Assembly (NCBI GenBank): GCA_964500675.1
Contig: CAZCNY010000007.1
Coordinates: 152,456-216,455, forward strand
Direction: 5' to 3'
DNA: 64,000 bases
From: an uncultured Verrucomicrobiaceae bacterium
Lineage (GTDB): Bacteria > Pseudomonadota > Gammaproteobacteria > Pseudomonadales > CAMLJR01
Below the pieces are notes generated by a model that saw only the letters and a list, made by a program, of their open reading frames with translations, did no database searches and was not told where the DNA came from. Shown here in pieces: positions 21,357 through 32,446 of this stretch. The position numbers and the translations under genes are program-made. Position 1 is the stretch's first letter. Each line of letters begins with the position of its first letter.

Positions 21357-22637
21357 ATGTCTCGAGAATCGATTCCGGTGCGTCAGCTTCAGCCCGGACT
21401 GTATATTGAATTACCGCTGCGCTGGAACGAGCATCCGTTTCTACTCAGTAAGTTTCGTATCAAGGATACCCAGCAGATCCTGTTAATCCGCTCGCTCGGT
21501 TTGCGGGAGGTATGGTTCTATCCCGAGAAGTCGCGCGTGGAGCCGCTGGCGCCCGATACCGCCGAAGCGGCTCCCGACCCTGACGCCGCCGGGACGCAGC
21601 AGGTATTGCAGCAGCAGTGGGATGAAAAGAAAGAGCAGGCGCAGCGGCTCAGTCAGCGCCGCCAGGAAATTCAAAAAGTCGAAAAGCAATACGGCGAAGT
21701 CGTCGGCGAAGTCAAAGACTTGATGACCAAGATGAATAGTTCGCCCGTGCAGGCGATGAACGAGGCTACGCGGGTGGTCGGCAGTATCGTCGGTACATTG
21801 AGCGCCGATAAAGAAGTGCTCGTGCACTTGATGAATGCCAACAACCTCGATGATTCGATGTATTACCATGTGCTCAACACGTCGGTATTGTCGCTGCTCG
21901 TCGCGCGCGAAATCGGCATTGCGGATAAAGAGCAGTTGATGACATTGGGTCTGGCGGCGCTGTTGCACGATATCGGTCGCACCAAATTGCCGCCGCAGTT
22001 GCTGCGTAAAACCGTACCGCTGACCAAGCCCGAAGCCGATCTCTATGCGCGCCACGTGCGCTTCGCGATCGAAATGATCGGTCAGCACGCGAAGTTGAAG
22101 TTGACCGTGAAGCCCACGTTGCTTGCGATCATCGAACAGCATCACGTGCTTCTCGATCGCAGCGGTTATCCGGCCGATATCGATCCGGCAAAAATGCACC
22201 CGCTGTCTAAAATTCTTGCGATCGTCAATTACTACGACGAGCTGTGCAACCACAACGATCCTAAGCAAAGCATGACGCCGCACGAAGCGCTGAGCTTGAT
22301 GTTTTCCAAGCAGGCGGCGAAATTCGACAAGCAAATTTTGCAGGCGCTGGTGAAAATGCTCGGTATCTATCCGCCCGGTACCGTCGTGCAGTTGTCCGAC
22401 GATTCGATCGGCATCGTGATTTATTTGAATCGCAAGGAATTGTTGAGGCCGGGTGTGCTGGTCTATTCGCCCGAGATTCCCAAAGCCGAGGCGGTGATTG
22501 TCGATTTGACCGCGCAGGGCGATTTATCGATTCGCAAAAGTTTACGGCCCGCGCAGCTTTCACCCGAACAGTTCGAATATTTGAATCCGCGCGAACGCAT
22601 TTCGTATTTCTTTGCGCTAAAACCCGAAGAAGAATAA
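21357..22637 (+). CDS. DUF3391 plus HD-GYP domain protein (c-di-GMP phosphodiesterase family)
   Basis: QLQPGLYIELPLRWNEHPFL N-terminus, LLHDIGR, HHVLLDRSGYP, GIYPPGTVVQLSD. Confidence 0.9.
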   Translation: MSRESIPVRQLQPGLYIELPLRWNEHPFLLSKFRIKDTQQILLIRSLGLREVWFYPEKSRVEPLAPDTAEAAPDPDAAGTQQVLQQQWDEKKEQAQRLSQRRQEIQKVEKQYGEVVGEVKDLMTKMNSSPVQAMNEATRVVGSIVGTLSADKEVLVHLMNANNLDDSMYYHVLNTSVLSLLVAREIGIADKEQLMTLGLAALLHDIGRTKLPPQLLRKTVPLTKPEADLYARHVRFAIEMIGQHAKLKLTVKPTLLAIIEQHHVLLDRSGYPADIDPAKMHPLSKILAIVNYYDELCNHNDPKQSMTPHEALSLMFSKQAAKFDKQILQALVKMLGIYPPGTVVQLSDDSIGIVIYLNRKELLRPGVLVYSPEIPKAEAVIVDLTAQGDLSIRKSLRPAQLSPEQFEYLNPRERISYFFALKPEEE

Positions 22638-22683
22638 ACGGTGTGTTCCCGCTGGCCACGCTCCCGCGGGGAGCGGGAGCTGA

Positions 22684-23637
22684 TTAGAGCCAACCCTTAC
22701 GCTTGAAATACCAGTACGGCGCGATGCCCGACAACACCATCAGCAGCACCGCCATCGGATAACCTAACTCCCAATTCAATTCCGGCATGATTTGAAAGTT
22801 CATGCCGTACATGCTCGCCACCAGTGTCGGTGGCAAAAACACAACGGCTGCGATCGAGAAGATTTTGATGATCTGGTTTTGCTCGATATTAATAAAGCCC
22901 TGTGCAGCGTCCATCAAGAAGTTGATTTTTTCAAACAGGAACGCCGTGTGCGACATCAGTGTTTCGATGTCGCGGAAAATTTCGCGGCAGGTTTCCTGTT
23001 GCTCCGGGTAATTGCGGATATGGCGCTGTAGAAAGGAAATCGAGCGCTGCGTATCCATCAGGCACAGCCGGATTTTACCGTTGCTGTCTTCGAGTTTTGC
23101 CAGCTTGTCGATGGCTTCTTCGAGTTCGGCCTCTTCGTCTTCAAGCACGAGATGGCTGACATCCTCAAGACGCTGGTGAATATTTTCGAGCGTGTCGGCA
23201 AGATTTTCGACTTTCTGTTCGAGCAGCGCGAGCATGATGTCGAGCGAATTGTTTGCCTCGACCCAGCCGCGATGCGCGCGCATGCGCAACAGCCGGAAGT
23301 CGGGCAGTTCGGTATCGCGAAAGGTCAGCAGTTGTTTGTCGTTGAGAATGAACGCCACCGAATCGGTTTTGTGGCGGCCTTCACTCTGATAGAGAAACAA
23401 CGAGTGTACATGGATGCCGGCGCTGTCGGTAAAGAAGCGCGCCGAGGCTTCGATTTCCTCCACCTCATCGGGATCGGGTAGCGGTGCTTTGTGCACGCTC
23501 TCGATCATCACGCGCTCGGCGGGGTTGGGGTCGGTGACGTCGATCCATGCGGCTTCCGTGATCGGCACCGGCACTTCACCGGAGCCGCTGCGCAGCTCTT
23601 TCAGTGTGGCGTTGATGATATTGAAGACGTGCAGCAT
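22684..23637 (-). CDS. corA: Magnesium/cobalt transporter CorA
   Basis: WIDVTDP, EEIEASARFF, LPPTLVASMYGMNF signature, two C-terminal TM helices. Confidence 0.95.
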   Translation of the reverse strand: MLHVFNIINATLKELRSGSGEVPVPITEAAWIDVTDPNPAERVMIESVHKAPLPDPDEVEEIEASARFFTDSAGIHVHSLFLYQSEGRHKTDSVAFILNDKQLLTFRDTELPDFRLLRMRAHRGWVEANNSLDIMLALLEQKVENLADTLENIHQRLEDVSHLVLEDEEAELEEAIDKLAKLEDSNGKIRLCLMDTQRSISFLQRHIRNYPEQQETCREIFRDIETLMSHTAFLFEKINFLMDAAQGFINIEQNQIIKIFSIAAVVFLPPTLVASMYGMNFQIMPELNWELGYPMAVLLMVLSGIAPYWYFKRKGWL

Positions 23638-23805
23638 GAAGTCAGTCCTGCGCAGGGGGGGCATTGGCCGTTCAAATCGGCGCGGATGTTAATTCGCATG
23701 CCAGGGGTGTGCAACCGCGACAACACTATAGGCGAGGAAGCGCGCCGATGTTCGGCTGCGATTGGCGGGCGGGAGCCGGCTCTCGGGCGGACCCCAACGG
23801 TTAGG

Positions 23806-23835
23806 TGGACACTGCGGCGCGCGTTCGCGTACAAT
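23806..23835 (+). promoter_or_regulatory. Putative sigma70 promoter of carAB
   Basis: TGGACA-N18-TACAAT. Confidence 0.6.
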
Positions 23836-23871
23836 TCACATCCGCGATTCGCAGCTGAATAAGCGCGATAC

Positions 23872-23962
23872 ATGGCGGAACCAGTCAGTCGAAGGCGAGA
23901 TGGGGTACCACTTCATCTCGCCTTTTCGCAAGTGAAAAAGGCGCAAATGCGATAGGTTTGCG
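23872..23962 (+). promoter_or_regulatory. Candidate carA leader ORF (27 aa, contains RRR) with alternative hairpins
   Basis: ATG 23872 to TAG 23955, MAEPVSRRRDGVPLHLAFSQVKKAQMR; overlapping stems 23892-23924, 23919-23943 and 23942-23962; weak Shine-Dalgarno. Confidence 0.4.
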
Positions 23963-24076
23963 AGTGCGTTGGGTTGCACATGGGGTCGATAACCGTGTGC
24001 ACCGGCCTACCTCGACGCGCCCGCTTCCGCCTCTTCATGCTCGAAACAACGCCACACATCCTGTCAGGAGGTTCGA

Positions 24077-25207
24077 TTGACCGTCTCAGCTCTGCTCGCC
24101 CTCGAAGACGGTAGTCTGTTCCGCGGTACCGCCATTGGTGCGGAAGGGCGGGCCACAGGCGAGGTCGTATTCAATACCGCGATGACAGGGTATCAGGAGA
24201 TTCTCACCGATCCGTCATACGCGCAGCAGATGGTCACGTTGACTTATCCGCATATCGGCAATACGGGTACCAACAGCGAAGATGAGGAGGCCGGTAAAAT
24301 CTGGGCGACGGGCCTGATTATTCGCGATTTACCGCTGCTCGCGAGTAATTTTCGCAACACACAGGCGCTCGGCGATTATCTGCGCGCGCGCAACGTGGTC
24401 GGCATCGCCGGCATCGATACGCGCCGTCTGACGCGCCTGCTGCGCGACAAAGGCACCCAGAATGGGTGTTTGATGGCAGGGCGTATCGATGAGATCGAAG
24501 CGCTGGCGACGGCGCGCGCTTTTCCGGGCTTGAAAGGTATGGATCTGGCCAAGGTGGTCTCGACCCCATCGCGCTATGAATGGCGGCAGGGCAGCTGGAC
24601 TCTCGGTAAGGGGTTTAAAGCATTCAGCGACGACGAATTGCCGTTCCACGTTGTCGCTTACGATTACGGCGTAAAGCGCAACATTCTGCGCATGCTCGTC
24701 GATCGCGGTTGCCGCCTGACGGTGGTGCCTGCGCAAATGTCTGCCGCGGATGTGCTTGCGCTCAAGCCCGATGGGATTTTCCTATCGAATGGTCCCGGTG
24801 ATCCCGAAGCGTGCGACTATGCGATCGCCGCCATCAAAACATTTTTGCAAACCGATATTCCGATTTTCGGCATTTGCCTTGGCCATCAGTTGCTCGGCCT
24901 CGCGAGCGATGCGAAAACGTTGAAGATGAAATTCGGCCATCACGGTGCTAACCACCCCGTGCAGAATCTCGCTACCGGCAGCGTACTCATCACGAGCCAG
25001 AACCACGGTTTTGCCGTCGATGAAAGAACGTTGCCGCCGACGCTGCGCGTTACGCACAAGTCGCTGTTCGATGGCTCCTTGCAGGGTATTTATCGCACCG
25101 ACCGCCCTGCGTTTAGTTTTCAAGGGCACCCGGAAGCGAGTCCGGGTCCGCACGATGCAGCGCCATTGTTCGATCATTTTATTGAATTGATGAAAGCGCG
25201 CCGCTGA
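24077..25207 (+). CDS. carA: Carbamoyl phosphate synthase small subunit
   Basis: [41 protein letters not shown]. Confidence 0.98.
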   Translation: MTVSALLALEDGSLFRGTAIGAEGRATGEVVFNTAMTGYQEILTDPSYAQQMVTLTYPHIGNTGTNSEDEEAGKIWATGLIIRDLPLLASNFRNTQALGDYLRARNVVGIAGIDTRRLTRLLRDKGTQNGCLMAGRIDEIEALATARAFPGLKGMDLAKVVSTPSRYEWRQGSWTLGKGFKAFSDDELPFHVVAYDYGVKRNILRMLVDRGCRLTVVPAQMSAADVLALKPDGIFLSNGPGDPEACDYAIAAIKTFLQTDIPIFGICLGHQLLGLASDAKTLKMKFGHHGANHPVQNLATGSVLITSQNHGFAVDERTLPPTLRVTHKSLFDGSLQGIYRTDRPAFSFQGHPEASPGPHDAAPLFDHFIELMKARR

Positions 25208-25236
25208 TTTAAACCGTTAGATTCGACAGGGTTCTC

Positions 25237-28200
25237 ATGCCGAAACGTACCGACATCAAAAGTATCTTGATTATCGGCGCCGGTCCGATCGTGATCGGCC
25301 AGGCGTGTGAATTCGATTATTCGGGTGCACAGGCGTGCAAGGCGCTGAAGGAGGAAGGCTATCGCGTCATTCTGGTGAATTCGAACCCAGCCACCATCAT
25401 GACCGATCCGCAGATGGCCGATGCCACCTACATTGAACCGGTCACGTGGCGTACCGTCGCCAAAATTATTGAAAAAGAACGGCCCGATGCATTATTGCCG
25501 ACGATGGGCGGGCAAACCGCGCTCAACTGTGCGCTCGATTTAGCGAAACATGGCGTGCTCGATCAATTCAATGTCGAGTTGATCGGCGCGACGAAAGAGG
25601 CCATCGACAAAGCCGAAGATCGTCAATTATTTCGCCAGGCGATGGCGCGTATCGGTCTCGAATCGCCGCGCGCTGCGATTGCGCACAGCATGGAAGAGGC
25701 GCTGCAAGTGCTCGATCAAATCGGCTTCCCGTGCATTATTCGCCCGTCGTTCACGATGGGCGGTTCAGGTGGCGGCATCGCCTACAACCGCGACGAGTTC
25801 ATGGAAATTTGCGAGCGCGGTCTCGACTTGTCGCCGACCAATGAATTGCTTATCGACGAATCGCTGATCGGTTGGAAAGAGTACGAAATGGAAGTCGTGC
25901 GCGATAAAAACGACAACTGCATTATCATCTGCTCGATCGAAAATTTCGACGCGATGGGTGTGCACACGGGCGACTCGATCACTGTCGCACCGGCGCAAAC
26001 GCTGACCGATCGCGAATACCAAATCATGCGCAACGCGTCGATCGCGGTATTGCGCGAAATCGGCGTCGAAACCGGCGGCTCGAATGTACAGTTCGGCGTC
26101 AACCCCGAAGATGGCCGCATGGTCGTCATTGAAATGAATCCACGCGTATCGCGTTCGTCTGCGCTCGCCTCGAAGGCGACGGGCTTTCCAATTGCGAAAA
26201 TCGCCGCGAAATTGGCGATCGGCTACACGCTCGACGAATTGCGCAACGAAATCACCGGCGGCGCGACACCCGCATCGTTCGAACCGTCGATCGATTACGT
26301 CGTCACCAAAATTCCGCGCTTCACATTTGAAAAGTTTCCCGAAGCCAGCCAGCGCCTGCACACGCAGATGAAATCGGTCGGCGAAGTGATGGCGATCGGC
26401 CGTTCGTTTCAAGAGTCGGTGCAGAAGGCTCTGCGCGGCCTGGAAGTCGGTTCATCGGGTTTCGAGCATAAAGTCGATATCGATGCCGACGATGCGCGCG
26501 ATATTTTGATCGGCGAATTAAAAAATCCTGGGCCCGAACGGATCTGGTACGTCGCCGATGCATTTCGCTCGGGCATGAGCATCGACGAAATCTACGAATA
26601 CTCGGCGATCGATCCGTGGTTTCTCGTGCAGATCGAGGATCTCGTCAAAACCGAAAATGCGCTGAAGACGGTTGCACTGTCGGAAATCTCCGCGGAGAAA
26701 ATGCGCGAACTCAAGCGTAAAGGTTTTTCCGATAAGCGTCTTGCCGTACTGCTCGCGGTCAGCGAGAAAGAAATTCGCAAACGCCGTCATCAACTCAACG
26801 TGCGCCCTGTATATAAGCGCGTGGATACTTGCGCGGCGGAGTTTTCGACGAGCACCGCATACATGTATTCGACCTACGAAGAAGAGTGTGAAGCGAACGT
26901 CAGTGCGCGCGACAAGATTCTCGTGTTAGGCGGCGGGCCGAACCGCATCGGTCAGGGTATCGAATTCGATTACTGCTGCGTGCATGCAGCGCTCGCGATG
27001 CGCGAGGATGGTTACGAAACCATCATGGTCAACTGTAATCCGGAAACCGTTTCGACCGATTACGATACGTCGGATCGTCTGTATTTCGAGCCGGTTACAC
27101 TCGAAGACGTGCTCGAAATCGTCGCGAAAGAAAAACCCAAAGGTGTGATCGTGCAATTCGGCGGACAGACGCCGCTGAAGTTGGCGCGTGATCTCGAAGC
27201 GAATGGCGTCCCGATAATCGGCACCAGCCCCGATGCGATCGATCGCGCCGAAGACCGTGAACGCTTTCAGCAAATGATCGAGCGTCTGCAATTGAAGCAG
27301 CCGCCGAATGCGACGGTGCGCTCGACCGAACAGGCGTTGATAGCCGCGCAAAAAATCGGTTTCCCGCTCGTTGTACGCCCGTCGTATGTTCTCGGCGGTC
27401 GCGCGATGGAGGTTGTGCACAAAGAGGACGAGCTGAAGCGCTATATGCGCGACGCGGTGCAGGTGTCGGAAGACTCTCCCGTTTTGCTCGATCATTTCTT
27501 GCACGCGGCGGTTGAAATCGATGTCGATGCGGTGAGCGATGGTGAAACCGTTGTGATCGGCGCCATCATGCAACACATCGAGCAGGCCGGTATTCACTCG
27601 GGGGACTCCGCGTGTTCGTTGCCGCCGTATTCGTTGAGCGCGGATTTGCAGGACAAAATGCGCGATCAAGTAAAACGCATGGCGCTCGAGCTCGGTGTCG
27701 TGGGTTTAATGAACGTGCAGCTCGCCGTGCAGGATGGCGAAATCTACGTGATCGAAGTGAATCCGCGCGCCTCGCGCACGGTGCCGTTCGTGTCGAAGGC
27801 GATCGGCGTGTCGCTCGCGAAAATTGCGGCGCGTTGCATGGCGGGGAAAACCCTGGCGGAACAAAATTTCACGAAAGAAGTGGTGCCGCCATATTACTGT
27901 GTGAAAGAAGCCGTATTTCCGTTCAATAAGTTCCCCGGCGTCGATCCAATACTCGGCCCCGAAATGAAATCGACCGGCGAAGTGATGGGTCTCGGCGAGA
28001 CATTTGCCGAGGCGTACGCCAAAGCGCAGTGGGGCGCGGGCGAAAAATTGCCAAAAAACGGCAAGGCATTTCTCAGTGTGCGCGATCAGGATAAGCCCGG
28101 GGTGGCGCAAGTGGCGCGCGATCTCATCGCGCTCGGTTTCACGCTGTGCGCAACGCGCGGCACGCAACGTGTGCTCGCGACTGAAGGCATTGAATGTCAG

Positions 28201-28458
28201 CGCGTGAATAAAGTGACAGAGGGTCGTCCCCACATTGTCGATATGGTGAAAAACGGCGAAATCGATCTTATCGTCAATACGACTGACGGCCGTCAGGCCA
28301 TCGCTGACTCATCGACGATTCGACGCTCGGCACTTTCGCAGAAAATTTTTTACAGCACGACGCTGGCTGGCGCCGAAGCAGTGGTGCTCGCATTGCGTCA
28401 CGGCGAAGAAAAAGCGGTGCGGCCGCTGCAAGAAGTTCATCGGTTACACAAGGCGTAG
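25237..28458 (+). CDS. carB: Carbamoyl phosphate synthase large subunit
   Basis: [30 protein letters not shown], duplicated ATP-grasp domains, MGS domain. Confidence 0.99.
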   Translation: MPKRTDIKSILIIGAGPIVIGQACEFDYSGAQACKALKEEGYRVILVNSNPATIMTDPQMADATYIEPVTWRTVAKIIEKERPDALLPTMGGQTALNCALDLAKHGVLDQFNVELIGATKEAIDKAEDRQLFRQAMARIGLESPRAAIAHSMEEALQVLDQIGFPCIIRPSFTMGGSGGGIAYNRDEFMEICERGLDLSPTNELLIDESLIGWKEYEMEVVRDKNDNCIIICSIENFDAMGVHTGDSITVAPAQTLTDREYQIMRNASIAVLREIGVETGGSNVQFGVNPEDGRMVVIEMNPRVSRSSALASKATGFPIAKIAAKLAIGYTLDELRNEITGGATPASFEPSIDYVVTKIPRFTFEKFPEASQRLHTQMKSVGEVMAIGRSFQESVQKALRGLEVGSSGFEHKVDIDADDARDILIGELKNPGPERIWYVADAFRSGMSIDEIYEYSAIDPWFLVQIEDLVKTENALKTVALSEISAEKMRELKRKGFSDKRLAVLLAVSEKEIRKRRHQLNVRPVYKRVDTCAAEFSTSTAYMYSTYEEECEANVSARDKILVLGGGPNRIGQGIEFDYCCVHAALAMREDGYETIMVNCNPETVSTDYDTSDRLYFEPVTLEDVLEIVAKEKPKGVIVQFGGQTPLKLARDLEANGVPIIGTSPDAIDRAEDRERFQQMIERLQLKQPPNATVRSTEQALIAAQKIGFPLVVRPSYVLGGRAMEVVHKEDELKRYMRDAVQVSEDSPVLLDHFLHAAVEIDVDAVSDGETVVIGAIMQHIEQAGIHSGDSACSLPPYSLSADLQDKMRDQVKRMALELGVVGLMNVQLAVQDGEIYVIEVNPRASRTVPFVSKAIGVSLAKIAARCMAGKTLAEQNFTKEVVPPYYCVKEAVFPFNKFPGVDPILGPEMKSTGEVMGLGETFAEAYAKAQWGAGEKLPKNGKAFLSVRDQDKPGVAQVARDLIALGFTLCATRGTQRVLATEGIECQRVNKVTEGRPHIVDMVKNGEIDLIVNTTDGRQAIADSSTIRRSALSQKIFYSTTLAGAEAVVLALRHGEEKAVRPLQEVHRLHKA

Positions 28459-28472
28459 GGGAGAATGAGCGC

Positions 28473-28955
28473 ATGAGCACGGGACAGGTTCCGATGACGG
28501 TGGCTGGTGAAGCTGCGCTGCGTGAAGAATTGCAACGTTTGAAAAGTGTCGAGCGTCCGCGCATCATTCAGGCGATTGCGGAGGCGCGCGCGCACGGCGA
28601 TTTAAAAGAGAACGCCGAATATCACGCTGCGCGTGAACAGCAGAGTTTTTGCGAAGGGCGCATTCAAGAAATTGAAGGCAAACTCGCCGATGCGCGCATT
28701 ATCGATATCAGCAAAATTCCGTGCACGGGAAAAGTGATTTTTGGCGTGACGGTCGATTTGATTAATTGTGAAACGGACGCGGCCGTCACCTACAAAATCG
28801 TCGGCGAGGATGAAGCCGACGTCAAACAAAATCGCATCTCGGTAACATCGCCCATCGCCCGCGCTTTGATTGGAAAAGAATGTGGTGATGTCGTCGTAGT
28901 CAAAGCGCCGGGTGGCGATGTCGAATACGAAATCGACGATGTGCGCCACGTTTAA
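28473..28955 (+). CDS. greA: Transcription elongation factor GreA
   Basis: [29 protein letters not shown]. Confidence 0.98.
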   Translation: MSTGQVPMTVAGEAALREELQRLKSVERPRIIQAIAEARAHGDLKENAEYHAAREQQSFCEGRIQEIEGKLADARIIDISKIPCTGKVIFGVTVDLINCETDAAVTYKIVGEDEADVKQNRISVTSPIARALIGKECGDVVVVKAPGGDVEYEIDDVRHV

Positions 28956-29035
28956 TCGTGTCGTTACCCTTAAGCAGGGGCGTATTGCTGCCCCCATATA
29001 TTGATCGGCGCGCGCATGCCATGCGCCTCTACGAA

Positions 29036-29344
29036 TTACAGCGGGCGCAATAAATTCGATAGGCGTGGGTTGGGTTTTTGCGCGGCGCGATAAATCAAGA
29101 TCACTTTGCCTACCGCCTGCACTAGCTCGGCTCGATGTTGCTCGCACAGCGTGGCGGCCAATTCGCGGCGTTCGGCGGGATCGGCAAGCCCTAACTTCAC
29201 CTTGATCAGCTCGTGGTCTTCCAGCGCGCGCTCCAACTCCAAATTCACGCCTTCAGAAATACCTCGCTCAGAAATCATCACCACTGGATTTAGTTGGTGG
29301 CCGATGGCACGCAGTTGTTTTTTGCGGGTCTGATCAAGAGGCAT
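29036..29344 (-). CDS. yhbY: CRM-domain RNA-binding protein YhbY
   Basis: LRAIGHQLNPVV, HELIKVK, VGKVILIYR. Confidence 0.95.
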   Translation of the reverse strand: MPLDQTRKKQLRAIGHQLNPVVMISERGISEGVNLELERALEDHELIKVKLGLADPAERRELAATLCEQHRAELVQAVGKVILIYRAAQKPNPRLSNLLRPL

Positions 29345-29428
29345 GGACGCAAGCCGTGTCGGTTAGGCGGGCGCGCATTGTAATGCAGAAAGCTGCGCTC
29401 AGAAAGGCGAGAGGTTGTCCTGGATAGT

Positions 29429-29454
29429 CTTGCAATGGCGGTAGCAGTCCCCAT
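29429..29454 (+). promoter_or_regulatory. Putative sigma32 (RpoH) promoter for ftsH
   Basis: CTTGCA-N14-CCCCAT, close to the CTTGAA/CCCCAT consensus. Confidence 0.65.
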
Positions 29455-29631
29455 CTTTGGAAAAGGCGCGTGTATTTAGTGAATTGCTGGTTTTACTACG
29501 TAAAAATGCGGAGTCAAGTCCATGGAGGGGCGCGCGGTTCTGTAGTACAGTGTGTTTAATGATAGTGCAGTGTATTTGACGTTATTTCCCCAGTGTAAGC
29601 GGGAGCCAGCGGCGAAAGAGAGGGTCCGCAT

Positions 29632-31548
29632 TTGAACGACATGGCCAAGAATCTTTTATTGTGGCTGATCATCGCGGCGGTGCTGCTGACGGTTTTCAAC
29701 AACTTCAGCATGCAGCCGAGCAAGGAGCAGCTCAACTATTCCGATTTTATCGAAGAGGTGCGCCAGGATCGCATCAGTCAGGTCACTATCGATGGGCAAA
29801 TGATTCTGGGCGTGCGCAGCGATCATTCAACCTTTGAAACGGTCCGTCCCTATCTTGAGGATCCCAAACTCATAGACGATTTGATCGATCATAAAGTCGA
29901 GGTCAAGGGCGTCAAGCCTGAGACGCAGAGCCTGTGGTCGCAATTGCTGGTGGCCAGCTTCCCGATTTTGATCATCATCGTTGTCTTCATGTTCTTTATG
30001 CGCCAGATGCAAGGTGGCGCGGGCGGTCGCGGCGGCCCGATGGCCTTTGGCAAGAGCAAAGCGCGCTTGCTGGGCGAGGATCAGATCAAAACCACGTTTG
30101 CCGATGTGGCCGGGTGCGATGAAGCGAAGGAAGACGTAAAAGAGCTGGTCGAATTCTTGCGCGATCCAGGCAAGTTTCAAAAGCTGGGCGGCCGTATTCC
30201 GCGCGGCATTCTCATGGTCGGTCAACCCGGTACGGGTAAAACGCTGCTCGCGAAAGCGATCGCGGGTGAAGCCAAAGTGCCGTTTTTTTCGATCTCGGGT
30301 TCGGACTTCGTCGAGATGTTCGTCGGTGTTGGCGCTTCGCGCGTGCGCGATATGTTCGACCAGGCCAAGAAGCAATCGCCGTGCATCATCTTCATCGACG
30401 AGATAGACGCGGTTGGTCGCCATCGCGGTGCCGGTCTCGGCGGCGGTCACGACGAGCGCGAACAGACCTTGAACCAATTGCTCGTCGAAATGGATGGGTT
30501 CGAGGCGAACGACGGCATCATTGTTATCGCCGCGACTAACCGTCCCGATGTGCTCGATCCCGCGTTGCTGCGCCCGGGTCGTTTCGATCGTCAGGTCGTG
30601 GTCGGGTTGCCCGATATCCGTGGCCGCGAGCAAATTTTGAAAGTGCATATGCGCAAAGTACCGCTGGCAGACGATGTCGATCCCGCCGTGATCGCGCGCG
30701 GCACGCCGGGTTTTTCGGGTGCTGATCTCGCCAATCTCGTCAACGAAGCGGCGCTGTTTGCTGCGCGCGCGAATAAACGCATGGTCAGCATGACGCAGTT
30801 TGAACTCGCGAAAGACAAGATCATGATGGGCGCCGAACGCAAATCGATGGTCATGTCGGAAGCCGAGAAGCGCAATACGGCTTTTCACGAAGCCGGGCAT
30901 GCTATCGTCGGTCGCCTGATGCCCGAGCACGATCCTGTGTACAAGGTCAGCATTATTCCGCGCGGGCGCGCGCTCGGTGTGACGATGTTCCTGCCAGAGG
31001 AGGATCGCTACAGCCTCAGCCGTCGCCATATTCTCAGCAATATTTGTTCACTGTTTGGCGGCCGTATCGCCGAGGAAATGATTAATGGTATCGATGGCGT
31101 TACCACGGGCGCATCGAACGATATCAAACGCGCGACGGAAATTGCCCGCAACATGGTGACGAAGTGGGGGTTGTCCGAAAAAATGGGTCCGCTGCTTTAC
31201 GATGAAAGCGAGGAGGAGATTTTCCTCGGTCGCAGTGCCGCGACCGGACCGCGCAACGTTTCTGGCGTTACCGTGCGGGAGATCGATCAAGAGGTGCGTC
31301 GCATCATCGATGAGTGTTATGGCATTTCGAAAAATCTGCTTACTGAAAACCGCGACAAACTCGATTTAATGGCCGATGCACTGATTCAGTACGAAACCAT
31401 TGATGCCACGCAGATTGAGGACATTATGGCTGGCCGCAAGCCACGCCCACCCTCGGACTGGAACAATAATTATCCGAGTGGCGGTGAGCCTGCGCCGCAG
31501 GAAGGTAATCGCGCCGGCCCCATCGGCGGACCTGCCAGCGAACACTGA
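29632..31548 (+). CDS. ftsH: ATP-dependent zinc metalloprotease FtsH
   Basis: GQPGTGKT Walker [14 protein letters not shown] zinc motif, two N-terminal TM helices. Confidence 0.99.
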   Translation: MNDMAKNLLLWLIIAAVLLTVFNNFSMQPSKEQLNYSDFIEEVRQDRISQVTIDGQMILGVRSDHSTFETVRPYLEDPKLIDDLIDHKVEVKGVKPETQSLWSQLLVASFPILIIIVVFMFFMRQMQGGAGGRGGPMAFGKSKARLLGEDQIKTTFADVAGCDEAKEDVKELVEFLRDPGKFQKLGGRIPRGILMVGQPGTGKTLLAKAIAGEAKVPFFSISGSDFVEMFVGVGASRVRDMFDQAKKQSPCIIFIDEIDAVGRHRGAGLGGGHDEREQTLNQLLVEMDGFEANDGIIVIAATNRPDVLDPALLRPGRFDRQVVVGLPDIRGREQILKVHMRKVPLADDVDPAVIARGTPGFSGADLANLVNEAALFAARANKRMVSMTQFELAKDKIMMGAERKSMVMSEAEKRNTAFHEAGHAIVGRLMPEHDPVYKVSIIPRGRALGVTMFLPEEDRYSLSRRHILSNICSLFGGRIAEEMINGIDGVTTGASNDIKRATEIARNMVTKWGLSEKMGPLLYDESEEEIFLGRSAATGPRNVSGVTVREIDQEVRRIIDECYGISKNLLTENRDKLDLMADALIQYETIDATQIEDIMAGRKPRPPSDWNNNYPSGGEPAPQEGNRAGPIGGPASEH

Positions 31549-31558
31549 CCGTTTCAAT

Positions 31559-32446
31559 ATGAGTGCAACAAATCCCGGTCCGGCGCTTAATTGCGCCGGG
31601 CGTGTTTTGGATCTTTCGCGACCGCGTGTCATGGGCATCCTCAACGTTACCCCTGATTCATTTTCCGATGGCGGAGCCGTTTTTTCTGCGGGCAAGCTGG
31701 TGCCCGAAAAAGCCTTGCGGCGCGCGGCGCAAATGGTTGCCGACGGCGCCGATATGATCGATATCGGCGGCGAGTCGACGCGCCCTGGTGCCACTTCGGT
31801 TTCAACGCAGGAGGAGATGGATCGTGTGTTGCCCGTCATCGAGTTGCTGGCGCGCGAGCTCGATGTGGTGTTATCGATTGATACGAGCAATCCCTTGGTT
31901 ATGCTGGCGGCAGCGGCGAGCGGTGCCGGCTTTATCAACGATGTGCGCGCGCTGTGTCGGCCCGATGCCGCCAAGGCGGCCGCCGCGTCCGGGCTGCCCG
32001 TCTGCCTCATGCACATGCGCGGCGACCCGGCGTCGATGCAAGCCGATCCGTATTACGGCGACGTCGTCGCCGAGGTCCGGGACTTCCTGGCGCAGCGCAT
32101 AGAGGCGTGTACTAAACTGGGGGTCGCCCGCCGCAATATCGTTATCGATCCCGGCTTCGGGTTCGGCAAGACCACTCTGCACAATTTGCAGCTGCTCAAT
32201 CGATTGGATCAAATGCTGGTGTTGCGATGTCCTGTGCTGGTAGGACTTTCGCGCAAATCATTGATTGGCGCCGTGCTCAAACGGCCGCTGGGGGAGCGCT
32301 TGGCGGGTAGTCTCGCGCTGGCGGCGATGGCCGCTCAGCGCGGTGCAGTCATATTTCGAGTGCATGATGTCCGCGAGACGGTCGATGTGGTCCGGCTCTG
32401 CCGTGCAGTAGATGAAGTGTCATGCAGTCATGAAGGAGCAATGTGA
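31559..32446 (+). CDS. folP: Dihydropteroate synthase
   Basis: MGILNVTPDSFSDGG, GGESTRPG, DPGFGFGK, GLSRKS, RVHDV. Confidence 0.97.
   Translation: MSATNPGPALNCAGRVLDLSRPRVMGILNVTPDSFSDGGAVFSAGKLVPEKALRRAAQMVADGADMIDIGGESTRPGATSVSTQEEMDRVLPVIELLARELDVVLSIDTSNPLVMLAAAASGAGFINDVRALCRPDAAKAAAASGLPVCLMHMRGDPASMQADPYYGDVVAEVRDFLAQRIEACTKLGVARRNIVIDPGFGFGKTTLHNLQLLNRLDQMLVLRCPVLVGLSRKSLIGAVLKRPLGERLAGSLALAAMAAQRGAVIFRVHDVRETVDVVRLCRAVDEVSCSHEGAM

Noticed and set aside
22640-22682. REP-like hairpin gctccc-gcg-gggagc between HD-GYP and corA
   Set aside because: Single copy in the window; no family can be shown.
29382-29427. Short ORF ending KARGCPG as an rlmE C-terminal relic
   Set aside because: Similarity is three residues, which is chance level.
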